Below, one piece after another: positions 25,787 to 37,249 of a stretch of DNA of 64,000 bases. This DNA is from Vicugna vicugna (Eukaryota), in the NCBI GenBank assembly GCA_013265495.1, contig MU058252.1, positions 1,398,244 through 1,462,243 of the forward strand. The letters are read 5' to 3'. The position numbers and the translations under genes are program-made. Position 1 is the first letter of the stretch. Each line of letters starts with the position of its first letter. The notes beneath the pieces are model-generated. The model saw only the letters and a list, made by a program, of their open reading frames with translations, had not been told where the DNA came from and searched no databases.

Positions 25787-25897
25787 AGGGTAGGAGAGTA
25801 TAGCTCAGTGGGAGAGCATGTGCTTGACATGCTCGAGGTCCTGGGTTCATTCCTTAGTTAAGTCCTGGGTTCAGTGCCCCTGTTAAGGGAAAAAAAA
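25787..25897 (+). mobile_element. Camelid-type tRNA-derived SINE with duplicated B-box segment
   Basis: GAGTATAGCTCAGTGGGAGAGCATGTGCTTGACATGCTCGAGGTCCTGGGTTCA plus polyA. TSD AAGGAGGCTTTCTAG / AAGGCGGCTTTCTGG. Confidence 0.9.
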
Positions 25898-26169
25898 AAG
25901 GCGGCTTTCTGGTAGTGGGACATAGAGGATACGTGGCAAGGAATAAAATGGACACTGTCCCTTATTCCCACTTAACTTACATCCTAGAATCCTACAAGTT
26001 AGAAAGGCTCAAACCTGGAGCTTGGGGGAAGGTCTTCGAACTCCTGGAGGAACAGGGATACAATCTTAGGAGTCTGAAGGAGCTCTGTGAGAATTTTATC
26101 ATTTTTTATTTTTGTTTTGAAGAACAGTAAGACATTTTCTAAACTGTCTGGTGATCACTTTATACCTGA

Positions 26170-26643
26170 GTGTGACTGCACACACGCCCCTGCCCCCAGG
26201 ATCCAGCTCCATCCTCCTTCCCGCTGCTCCTTGCCCTGGGGAAGGTGACCCTCATGGACGGTATCCACAGGCTTCTTTGCCTTTGGGCATCTGGTTTGGC
26301 CCAGCACAGGGGAGCCCTGGCAAGAGAGGGGAGGAAGAGGACACGGTCAGGTCATCCTGCTGGCTCCCCCCACTCAAGGCTGCCCCTGGCCATCTGTGCC
26401 TGAGACCAAAAGTCACATCTCAAGTCAAGGTGACTTCTCTACCTGCCTCCCTCCTGCCGTTCTGGTAAAAGGCCCTGTCCCCGCATGCCTCACGCCCAGC
26501 TGCCTGGTGGTTACTTACGGGCCCCTGTTACTGCACCAGCCCGGGGTCCTCCCCCAGCCCCTACACACACCTTTAGATGGCCCTCCTCAAGTGGCCCAGG
26601 GTGAGCGTGTCCTCCACCTTCTGCTGGGACCCTGACTGGCACA
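26170..26643 (+). mobile_element. ERVL solo LTR (LTR33-like)
   Basis: CCCTGGGGAAGGTGACCCTCATGGAC..GGTTTGGCCCAG..GAGCGTGTCCTCCACCTTCTGCTGGGACCCTGACTGGCACA (LTR33-type 3' terminus). Confidence 0.65.
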
Positions 26644-26699
26644 GGCACCCCGCAGGGGGACTTTTACTTTTCCAGGCTAATCATAGGAGAGGGCGGGAC

Positions 26700-27165
26700 T
26701 GGATCTGAGAGCACTGGGAATGACCCACTCACACGGAAGAAGCGCTCCGCACCAGCGGACCCTGCGCCTCGGTCGTACAAGTAAACAGACGGTTTGAAGA
26801 GTTGTCCGAACAGAGAAAAGCAGGAGAAAAAATAACTTTCACAGCAGTGGCTGGGACACGCTGGGTGGTGGCAATCAGTACTATATTCTTGTATGAAGAG
26901 TGCTCTTATTTCAGCAAAACAGCATCAAATACTACATTCAATTAAAGCTGTTAATCTGACTTTCACTTTCTCTGTACTTGTGTTTGTATATTATTAGCTT
27001 GTTTTGCTTGTATTAGAACACAAGATTTATAATCATAAGAGTTTATACCTAGGTTTATGTCTACTACTTTAAAATAATACTATAATGAAGTAATAATTGG
27101 TGATTTGGGAGAATTTTTTTCCTTTAAAATGGACCTGTATGCTACTCAGTGTGAAAACCAATGAC
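26700..27165. mobile_element. hAT DNA transposon remnant (family uncertain; Zaphod/Charlie-like)
   Basis: AT-rich segment ending CCTTTAAAATGGACCTGTATGCTACTCAGTGTGAAAACCAATG, resembling a hAT terminal repeat. It probably continues left of the LTR33. Confidence 0.35.
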
Positions 27166-27277
27166 TTAGTCCAACATTTCATCCAATGCAGAAATTCTTC
27201 TGGTACACAAGGGGCTCAATAACCATTTGCCAAGAAAGCCTGACATTAAACTGAAATTTAAAAATTTTAATCATGGA

Positions 27278-27404
27278 GGGGAGGGTATAGCTCAAATGAT
27301 AGAGTGAGTGCTTAGCATTCACGAGGTCCCGGGTTCAACCCCCAATACCTCCATTTAAAACATTTTAATAAATAAACCTAATTACCTACCCCCCCTAAAA
27401 AAAG
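27278..27404 (+). mobile_element. Camelid-type tRNA-derived SINE
   Basis: GGGGAGGGTATAGCTCAAATGATAGAGTGAGTGCTTAGCATTCACGAGGTCCCGGGTTCAACCCCCAATACCTCC..AATAAATAAACCTAATTACCTACCCCC plus A-tail. Confidence 0.92.
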
Positions 27405-28311
27405 AATGCGTTTAAATTTGTTTTCAGTCATTGGTCTTAGTTTTATCCTCTACCATGACACGCGTGGAAAGTCTAACCCCTCTTCTGTGGAATAGGTTTC
27501 CACTCCCTGACACCCCATAATAACATCCGCACCTCTGCATCTGTGCCTTTCAAAAGCTTCCCTCTGCTTCAAGGCTCGACACAAACTCTCCCTCCATGAA
27601 GACGTTCCTGGCGTCCTTTCCTACCCGAAGGGGGATTCTCCCTCATCGGAGCTGACAAAGCACGTCACAGCCTGCTGTGTATCCCGGTCCCTGGTGTACA
27701 CCCTTCTTCCTCCTATTCGTTTCTGGTTTTTGAAAGAAGAGTGTGTATGTAATTAATTTGTACTCTCCTTAGCCCTTACCACACTGTCTTACATATTATA
27801 GATGCTGAATACATATTTAGTGAGTAATGAATCAATGAAAACTCTGAGAATGAGTTAGGTACATTTTGTATTATGCATATATACACACATACACACTGAA
27901 GAATGGAGAAGTTCCGCATGATTGCATCATACATATTTGCCTGGTGTCTGGAATTTCTGTTCCCCCTAAATCAGGAGTGTAATTCAGGCTGCTCTCCAGC
28001 ATCGCCATTAAATATCATCTCTTAATCTGCAAACTTAAGCTTCTCTTGTGCCAAGGCTTCTGGCTTGAGGACACCTTCCATTTGCACAGCACCACATCTC
28101 CTTGGGCCCTCGCCCCTGGTCCACTTCTACGAATGGAGTCTGACATAACGAGCCTCTTTTCATGGAATATCAACTGTCAGAATGGCACTGTTCTTGTGAT
28201 CATGGGGGAAGCAGGATGAAAACAGTTCACACACAGAATATGTGCTTCAGGAATTTACACCACAGGGAAAAATAAAGTGTACCCATGCCAAATCAAAATG
28301 AAAATATGTTG

Positions 28312-28915
28312 GGCTTGTACCCAGAAGGAAATCTACTTCAGGATGACACCTGCACCCCAATGTTCATAGCAGCACTATTTATAATAGCCAAAACATGGAA
28401 ACAACCTAAATGTCCATCAACAGGTGACTGGATAAAGAAGAGGTGGTATATTTATACAATGGAATACTACTCAGCCATAAAAACCGACAACATAATGCCA
28501 TTTGCAGCAACATGGATGCTCCTAGAGAATGTCATTCTAAGTGAAGTAAGCCAGAAAGAGAAAGAAAAATACCATATGAGATCGCTCATATGTGGAATCT
28601 AAAAAACAAAAACAAAGCATAAATACAGGACAGAAATAGACTCATGGACAGAGAATACAGACTTGTGGTTACCGGGGGGGGGGGGTAGAGGGTGGGAAGG
28701 GATAGACTGGGATTTCAAAATTGTAGAATAGATAAACAAGATTACACTGTATAGCACAGGGAAATATACACAAAATGTTATGATAAATCACAGAGAAAAA
28801 AATGTGACAATGAGTGTGTATATGTCCATGAATGACTGAAAAATTGTGCTGAACACTGGAATTTGACACAACACTGTAAAATGATTATGAATCAATAAAA
28901 AATGTAAAAAAAAAA
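28312..28915 (+). mobile_element. Young 5'-truncated LINE-1 (ORF2 C-terminus, 3'UTR, polyA)
   Basis: Open frame CTPMFIAALFIIAKTWKQPKCPSTGDWIKKRWYIYTMEYYSAIK..SLICGI* (L1 ORF2 end), then AATAAA and polyA. Perfect 12-bp TSD GAAAATATGTTG at 28300-28311 and 28916-28927. Confidence 0.96.
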
Positions 28916-28974
28916 GAAAATATGTTGATATAAGTGGACTCACCTACTCTTAGAATGAACGTGAAAACATTTAA

Positions 28975-29265
28975 AAAGTATACCACGTACAACCATGAGA
29001 CAACAGCTTGCAATGTTGTATTATATTATTTGAACTGTGCTGAGAGTGTAGATCTGAAGTGTATTCACCACAAAGGAAGGCAGGCAGGAAGGAAGGCAGG
29101 AAGGAAGGAAGAAGGAAGGAAGGTAACTCTCTGAGGTGGTGGATATGTTAATTAGCTTGACTGTGGCGAATGTCTCACAATGTACATATCAAATCATCAC
29201 ATTGTATACCTTAAATTTATACAATTTAATACTGTCAATTATACCTCAGTAAAGCTGGGGGGAAA
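28975..29265 (+). mobile_element. Older L1 3'UTR (L1MA8/9-like) with internal (GGAA)n
   Basis: GAGAGTGTAGATCTGAAGTG..GGATATGTTAATTAGCTTGACTGTGG..TGTCAATTATACCTCAGTAAAGCTG. Confidence 0.8.
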
Positions 29266-29759
29266 ATATACCCACAAGTACAAAGGGATAGTCTATCAAG
29301 GAAACTGAACGTGTAAAACTCAGAACTTTCGGGGAAAAGATAGGGAGCCATTGATGATTCATTTAACGACTCTTTTTAATACCTAGCTTCTTGAGCATAT
29401 TTGAATTACCACAGAGTTTTTAAGCTGGAGGGACCTTAAAGGTTATCTACTTTGACACTTGAACTTTACAAATGAAGAAATAGAGGCCATCTGGTTGTTT
29501 CACTTGTATCCCAGGACTCTCGAACCCTGTAGGAGAAAACAAACCACAGAGCAAAGCAGACAGATGTCATTGCCAAACTGAGGGCCACGTCCAGCTGGGA
29601 ACCTGCACATTTCCCTTTGCTCGCCATCCTGCTGGCTCCCCTTCAGATGCTCTCCAAAGCCTTCTCTTGTTCCTTTCCTTTTCTACCCCTTTCCCCAAAC
29701 TCATTCTTCATAACCGACCTGTCTTCATTCAACAAATACCTGATACTATGTCCAGATAC

Positions 29760-30420
29760 AGTTCCAGAGGCAATGGTTACCGAGAAGATTTTATTCAAGT
29801 ATTCCTCAGACTACAGCAAAAATTAGAACAGAAACTGTTTTATGGGAGGTAAGAATCATGGAGGAAAGATACAGAAATTCTAACATTCCTTAAAAAGGGG
29901 TTCCGGAAGGAGAGAATGGAGAGGTAGAAATCAAAGAAATAAAGACACAGAACTTCCCAGTATAGTTTTCATATTCCAGAGCCCTGAGTCTGGAGAAGGA
30001 TAAAAACAAACAAGAAACTCCACACCCAGACAGGTGGTAGTGAAGGATAAAGAGAAAAGTCTGAAGCTATCGGAGAAAAACAGGCAGAATCCCTACAAAG
30101 GAATCAAAATCAGACCAACATCTTATCAGCCGCCTGGCATGTAAGAAGATAATAGAGTGAGGAACTCATCTTTGATCTTAGAACTTTGTTCTCAATCTCC
30201 CGTTCAATCTTAGAAGTAAAACAGAGGTTTTTGGATTGGCCAAGGCTAAGACGCTTTATCACCCACGACTGTCTCTGAAAGAACGAATGAACAGAGGACG
30301 TTCTCCAAGAAGAAAAATGAATTTGGAGGAGGTTGGGTTGCAAGAAACTAATGTGTACAAAGAAATCAGCAAACGGGATTTTCTGGAGTAAGTACTGATG
30401 GTGAACTGTTTGGGGGTTTT
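29760..30420 (+). mobile_element. Ancient L1 ORF1 / HAL1-like remnant
   Basis: GGGTTCCGGAAGGAGAGAA..GAACTTCCCAG..CACACCCAGACA..GGATAAAGAGAAAAGTCTGAAGC..ACAAAGGAATCAAAATCAGAC is typical ORF1 DNA. Confidence 0.6.
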
Positions 30421-30584
30421 AGAGCTACAATCTGTAACCAGAAGGAAACAGGTTCAAAAACGAAGCGCGCTTACTCTGTCAAGCCTCTGACCACTAATTC
30501 GGCAGGTCTTGCTCCCCAGTGTCTAGCACTGGGCCGGACACACAGCGAGGCTTAACCATTGCTTGCTGCGAGAATGAGTTCATG

Positions 30585-30769
30585 CAGTAACCTGTAATGA
30601 GAAAGAATGTATGTGTGTATACGTACGACTGAAAGATAGTGCTCTACACCAGAAATTGACCCAACACTGTAAACTTCAATTTAAAAAATTTAAAAAAGGA
30701 AAAAAAGACATTAATGGAAAATCTGATGAAATCTGAATAGAGTCTAGTGTTTAGTTAACAGTTAAAAAA
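30585..30769 (+). mobile_element. Short young LINE-1 3' end with probable 3'-transduced segment
   Basis: L1 tip (TAACCTGTAATGAGAAAGAAT..ACACCAGAAATTGACCCAACACTGTAAAC), A-rich tail, a ~55 bp segment, then a second A-run. Bracketed by AGAATGAGTTCATG / AGAAGAATTCATG. Confidence 0.7.
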
Positions 30770-31899
30770 AGAAGAATTCATGGATAGACGAATGGTTCTG
30801 TCAGTATGTGGCCTTTCCAGAATATTCATATTTTTGTGGAGTGAGATTTACCACCTCCATGAATCCACGGAGGCCCCAGCAGCCAGGGGCTGGGGTCGGC
30901 CCCGCCAGGAAGGGTCTCCAGGCCTGACTGTTCTAGAGACAAGGCTGGACTGTGCTCCTTCCCAAGGTTTCTGGGGAAAAGGCCTCTGGCAGCGCTGACC
31001 TTAGGCCTGAGGCCAAGAGCCTCTGAGCAAACAGTGCGCAGCCAGTGAGGGCAGGAGAGGACAGCCACGGTCCAGAGAGCACACGCTTCCTTTGTCGGGT
31101 GCCCCCCGGAACGCTCCTTCTCCGTGCTCCAGGTGGGGTCTAGACTCTCTTTACAAAACAAACAGGACTCCCCTCATGCAAGCCTCACCTGCTGCTTCAC
31201 GGAAACAGCAATGTGATGAGTCCATGTCTGCTGCCATATCCCCTCTTCTCATCCAGTTCTGACACTCGAACCCAAGCCTCACAAAGAAATAATCACCTGG
31301 AGCCTAGACAGTCCACACCTCAACACCACTGCTTTCAGATGGAGAGAAGCTTTGATGCCAGGCACACACTGAGCAGCCCCTCACTGACGTCCTCCTAACG
31401 CTGGGGTGGAATAAGGCTGGGGAGGGTGGTGGGCAAACCCCACCCATTATTCCCAGGAAGGGATCGTGGCAACCTTCCAGAAAGAGTGGAGAGAAAGCCT
31501 GAACATCCCAACTAAAAAGACAATTACTGAGTTTCGCAAAAAGTTCAAGATCAAGGCAAGACAAACAGGAGGTCTGACCTGGCTTGCACACGGACCGCCA
31601 GTGGGAAGGGGCCGTGTCATTGACCTTTCCAGAGAAGACTCCCTTTGTTAATCTATCTGTTGAGGCCGTTGTGACTCCATCTTTACTCCTTCCAGTTCTA
31701 AAACTGTACAAGTCACCGCATTTTGGCTGTAGGATTGTCCTGGTCTCCCACTGCCACACCTATTTGTTTACTCATGTTGAAGTAGAAGTGCTACCTGAAT
31801 ATATTCTGGCAAGAATTTCACACAGTTCCACTGCTGCTCTCAAATCACAGTCCTACTTGAACCAAACCACCTGCCCCCTGAGCTCCTATGCAGCCACCA

Positions 31900-32620
31900 G
31901 TCAACAGTATTTACCTACAGCCCGTCAGGTGCCAAACAACTTTAGACCACAAACAAATTAAACAGACCCTGCCTGCAAAGAACTTATAGGGGGAAGACAG
32001 ACAGTAAATGTGTAAACAAACAAACACAGGCACAGAATAGTTTTTTTAAATCTAAATCCCCAAATTCCAATCTGAGGATCCACACCTCTGGAGAGAAGCT
32101 TCTCCATGCCAGGCATACACTGAGCAGCCATTCACTCACATCCTCCTAACGCTGGGGTGGAATGAGGCGGGGAGGAGTGGACTGGTGAGAAGGGGGCAGC
32201 CACATGGGGGACCCAGGGGAAGAATACTTGAAGCAGGAGAACAGCAGTCACCCAAGTTCTGAGACCGGAGGGAGCTCGGTGTGTTGGAGGGATGGACAGG
32301 CCACTGTCTGGAGCTCAGTGAACTAGGGGTACACGGGGAGGAGCCTGGGGAGGTGGGTGAGTGCCCAGATCACACAAGCTTTGGGAATTTATACTAAGTA
32401 AGGGCTTTAAGTTTTATTCCAAGTTCGGTGGAAGCCATGGATGGTTTTAAGGAGGGAAGTGACATGACCTGACTTTTATTTTAGAAAAATCATTTGCCGG
32501 GCGTGCAGGGGTGGACTGCAGAGGTGGGGGAGGCGGTGGCAGGAAGCCAGAGTTCACGGTTGCTGGGGTTCACGTTAGTCTGGGGAAGGCGAGGAGGGCC
32601 TGATTTGGGCACACAGTACA
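31900..32620 (-). mobile_element. L2 fragment interrupted by a local duplication
   Basis: CAACAGTATTTAC..GGTGCCA..CAGACCCTGCC. GGAGAACAGCAGT..GCCATGGATGGTTTTAAGGAGGGAAGTGACATGACCTGACTT..TTTTAGAAAAATCA. Confidence 0.75.
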
Positions 32621-32867
32621 AAAAGGTTGCTGAGTGCTTTCAAAGAAAATCACAGATTGTCTTCCATCTCTACCAAATTCTCAGTTAATACCAGCACTTT
32701 TTCCCTCTCATCCCTGCTAAGCTTAGACCCTCTCAGCACCTTCTTCCTTAAGCCTCTGTCCTGCCTCTTTGTTCTTGCCTGCCGGTGACCCAGCAGCTTC
32801 CATAGGGAAGATGGGGGATCTGCCCTGTGGGGTCTCCCTCCACCTCTTGCCCCACAAGTTGTCCACT

Positions 32868-33140
32868 TTTTTTTTCTTTGACATTATATTCATTAATTAA
32901 TCTATTTATTTTTAAATTGAAGGATAGTCAGTTTACAATGTTGTGTTAATCTCTGGTGCACAGCACAGTGATTCAGTTACACATATATATTCCTTTTCCT
33001 ATTCTTTATCATCATAGGCTGTTACAAGATATTGAATATGGTTCCCCGTGCTGTACAGCAGGACACTGTTGTCTATTTGGTCTGTAGTAGTTAGTATCTG
33101 CTCATCCCAAACTCCTAATTTATCCCTCTCCCACCACCTA
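32868..33140 (-). mobile_element. Young LINE-1 3' fragment
   Basis: T-tail plus TTGAAGGATAGTCAGTTTACAATGTTGTGTTAAT..GCTGTACAGCAGGAC..CCCAAACTCCTAATTTATCCCTC. Confidence 0.85.
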
Positions 33141-34746
33141 CCAAATCTTAGACATGTTTCAGAACTTACAGTAACTCAGCCAATTAAGTATTTCATTAGC
33201 ATTTTCACAGATAAGGAAACTGAGGCTCACAGAGTTTACCAGGCTTAACCACAGGGAGTTGGGAGGATGACCAGCCTCTGGGCTGTGTGCACCGCCCCTG
33301 GCCCTGGTGCCCCTCAGGGCACTGACCCTCCTGCTGAGTTGTCCGTCTCTGCCTTTACAGACTGAGCGCTGGGAAGGAGCAAAGACTGGATTCTGCATTC
33401 CTGCAAGCTCTGGGCCTTGCCAGCAGATAGTTTCTACTAAAGAAACGAGTGCTGAATGAGCAAATGCTTGAGTCCATCCCACAGATTCCTGGTATAGTCA
33501 GAGCCTGAATACTGCCTGGCACCCACCAGCCATTATCTGAGGAAGCCAGCACGTTACCGCCCTGAGGAGGCCACATCCCCACCCCTGGGATTCCCTTCGA
33601 GAACGGGGCGAGCCAGCCGGAGGACAGGCTGTCCAGAGTCAGCTTTATGTCAAACCAGGCTAACCGAGCTCTGAGGTCATCAGATCCCAGCACTCCTCTG
33701 AAAAGCGCTGCCTAAAGAGGGAAACTTCCAGGCTTCCAAGGGCCCGACAGTGCTTCCAGTTGTCCTGCAGGCGCTTCTGATAAGATGCCAGTGGTCTTCT
33801 AACACGTTTTTAAAAGCAAAACTAAACAAACAAATACAAACTTCAGTCACTTTGAATGCTTACACAATAAACATGGTCTCACTGTTTAGGCTGTTGAAAG
33901 TCTGGATATTTAGGTTTCAATGACTCACCGACGTCCGGCTTCTCAGTTATTTCCCCCATTTTTACCTGGACGGCTGGTGCCACGTAACCCAGCCTGTGGC
34001 TGGAGTTCGGCATGGTTATCCTTTTTAGCTTCGCAAACAGTCAGAGCTGCTGACTGGAACACCTGACAGTTTCTAATCGCTGGAGCTGACGCTGAAACAC
34101 CCACCACTGATCTGGGGTTCAGGAACAGAATGGACGTGCAGCCCCCAAATGCTCGTGAGACCAGTGATTTCATCCTCACCCGGACTTAAAACCCTGAACC
34201 CCCGCTGGAGTTCTCCTAGCCAGCCCAACTCAGGCTTTTCCAGCACAAACTTACGAAGCTGGGGAGGACTGAGCTGCTGGGAGCAGAAGGGCCCTGCTTA
34301 ATTGGAGGAAGCCGTGGTTGCAGTAGCCAGGAAAGACTAAGACAAACCTGTACTTCCTCCTGATAGGGAATTAATATGAAAAAATGGAATGTAGGTGGGC
34401 ACATTTGGGGCCTTTTTTGTTATTGTTGTTAGCAACTTTAAGAGATTCTTCTAAGGTTTTACATATCACAACTGACACAATGGTAACAATAAAAAATTCC
34501 GGCTTAAGGGTATAGCGGGTTCCAAGCTCTCTGCTTAAGGTTTTAAAACACTTTTTCTAATTCTCATAATGCATCTGTGAGAGAGGTTTTAGGTTTATTA
34601 CCCATTTTTATAAATGGAAACCAAAGCCCTAGGTCTAGGAATTCATTCAAGGTCACGTGATTTGCAAGGGTCCCAGCTCGGATATGAAGGAGGCTTTATT
34701 TCCTTCCAAAGCCGGTTCTCAACAGCCTTCTGATACATTGCCTCTT

Positions 34747-34897
34747 TTATTTTTTTTTTGGTGTGGGGGGGGACAGGTACTTAGATCTATTATTTGTTTA
34801 TTCTGACTTTTTCTTTTTAATGGAAGGACTGGGGATTGAACCCAGGACCTTGCGCATGCTAAGCACTCGCTCTACCGCTGAGGTACACCCTCCTCTC
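34747..34897 (-). mobile_element. Camelid-type tRNA-derived SINE
   Basis: GGACTGGGGATTGAACCCAGGACCTTGCGCATGCTAAGCACTCGCTCTACCGCTGAG. Perfect TSD CATTGCCTCTT at 34736-34746 and 34898-34908. Confidence 0.95.
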
Positions 34898-37249
34898 CAT
34901 TGCCTCTTAATAGAAAAAACACAGTCCGCACTCCCAGACGTATAACTGTGCCTCCAGGTGCACCCTCCTGCTTCTAGTTTCTCCCCCTCCCCACTTAATC
35001 CATTCTACAGATTGAAGCAGATTAAATTTTCCTAAAATATTGCTTTAATCCCTTCACTGCCTACTCAAAACACTCCCCAGTTGCCTCCAGGAGCCGGGTA
35101 ATGTTCCAGCTGCCTTTGATACTTGAGATTTTCTGTCAACTGTCCTTATCTGAAGCAGAATGTCCCCTGTACAGCTTCTACTGCCTTCAGTGGAGGACAT
35201 TAGACCTCTGGAGTGGAAGTAAGGACAAGAGGGACGTAAACTTTGAATGAACCTATAGAAAACCTTATAAATATTTCCTACCTTCATTAAAATGAAGCAT
35301 TAAAGGAAGCCTTTTAAAACAAGAGACTATCAATGACATTTTCCACATCTTAAGTTATTAATGGTGGTTAATGTTCAATTAAATTCTCTTTACCATCTGT
35401 TGCTTGCTAAAAACTTGAGTATCTCTTTCCAAGGAAATTTTAATGAAGGGCTGGTAAAAAAATCCCACAACCCCCCCCACTTTCTCCCCAGATATATATA
35501 TATATTCAATTTTTTCCTGTCTGATTCTCTCTCCAGTTGTTGAGGGTTGCCCTGAATGTAAGTGCATCAGGAGAGTCTGATACGAGAACATTCGCTTTGA
35601 GTCCTTCCCAGGGAACAGAAAGTCTGAGGAGGTTAAGAGGATGCTGAGGCATTTGCTTTGCTGTGGCGCCACCGTCTTCCCTGTTACTAACTCTCTTCCC
35701 AGGAACCTATTGATTAGCCTCTGTGTTTACTAAAAACAATTTTTGCAAAGCTCCAGAAAAATTACGTTGAAAATACAATTTTCATACATGAAATATGCTG
35801 GTGTTTATTTCAGGGCTCTTTTCTTGGGGAGGGGGGTAACCTTGTACATTTTTAAGTTTTGCCTGAGTTTAAAGTGAAGGGAAGAGAACATGACATGTTT
35901 TCGATGACAGGGGACTGGACCCAGACCGCCACTCTTGCATCTCCCCAGGCACCCCCCAGCCAGCACTGCTGAGGGCATTTCCGCATCAAGGAGGAGGCCA
36001 GATTGGCAGGTTTCCTTCTCACCCCGAGGTTCTGTGGTGCTGGTCCCTGCTGGCCACCACAGGCAGAAGGGATTGCGGCCATGCCCCTCACTTAAGCCTC
36101 AGCCTCATCTGTAAAGTGAGGGTGAGCCCACACTATCTCACAGGTCTTCCACAGTTCTAAAAAACACACAGCCACACAGCCCGAAGAAAACACTGCACAG
36201 AAGAACAGCGAAATGCTCACAGTAGATGTGGGTGGTTTTACTTTTCCCATCGGCTACTCCTCCTTTAGACTTCTTCCAGACTGCCTATGATCACACAGTG
36301 AAAACCCAGAACGACAGCGATCTGTTCACACAGCAGTGGCGTGGAACCCTGAGACACGCTAGCCGAGACACAGCAGTGCTCAGTCACTCCATCTTGGCCC
36401 CTCCCTGCAAATGGGGAGCGCACAGGGATGTGCGCGGTTCACAGAGTAACTCACATCAGGGGTCTTATCTTCTTTTTCGATTGCTCACAGGAGCTTTCAG
36501 GATACTAGAAAGCTTGTCCTTGGCCCGTGAAGTATTTGCTGATCCTGGAATCCAGGCTTCTTTCCCTTGCTAACTAGCTTTGTGACCTGGGGCTTGTCAG
36601 CCTCTGGGCCTTACTTCTCTCCTCTGTAAACAAACAACCCCCAAAGAAAGGGTCAACCTATCGTAGGATCTAAAATTCAATGGTTCCATGATATACCCAA
36701 GGCCAAACAGAAAAACAACTGGAGACACCTCAGCACCACCTTTACCCCAAGGACCTGTCCTCGGACCCTCCCTGGGCCCTCCCACTCACCACCGCCCTGT
36801 AGGGTTCAGATCCCTGCTGCCCTGGGCAAGCTTATCTCCCCCCAGACAATAGGAGGTTAAATCCCTGCCCCGCCTACTTGAAAGCCCAGGAGAAACCCCT
36901 CCTGCAGCCACAGCGACCCCGTAAATGTTTAATTTCAGTCACAGACTCGCAGCTCCTTCCTGTACCACACCCATTCTGGCAAAAAGGGGGGAAAAACGAC
37001 TTATGTTCAGCTGCAATTTACTCAGCAGTGTGATTAATCAGTTAATTACTGCATTCACTGAGCTATTCAAAAGTATTTCTGAGTGTTTCCCACGTGCTTC
37101 CTCGTATTGTTGGGGGAGCTGGAGCCGGAAAGCCTGCAATGAGATGGTCAAGAGTGGACAGTTCCATGTGGCCAGGGCCCTCCTCGGCCTGGGGAGCCTC
37201 AGGGTGGAGGGCTGCCACTCACCCCAAGCACCCCCCAAATCCAAAGAGC

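Noticed and set aside
27278..27355. tRNA-like sequences (also at 7.9, 8.1, 25.8, 34.8, 38.1 and 59.5 kb)
   Set aside because: They have A/B boxes but also AT-rich tails, TSDs and divergent copies, so they are tRNA-derived SINEs rather than functional tRNA genes.
28285..28602. 105-aa ORF with a conserved-looking sequence
   Set aside because: It is the C-terminus of LINE-1 ORF2 in a 5'-truncated, TSD-flanked insertion. Not a host gene.
28670..28705. G-quadruplex-like G-run
   Set aside because: The standard G-rich tract of the L1 3'UTR. Not locus-specific.
31466..31651. Basic peptide MATFQKEWRESLNIPTKKTITEFRKKFKIKAR.. resembling a ribosomal-protein or histone retrocopy
   Set aside because: No family recognised, non-ATG start, and no polyA or TSD.
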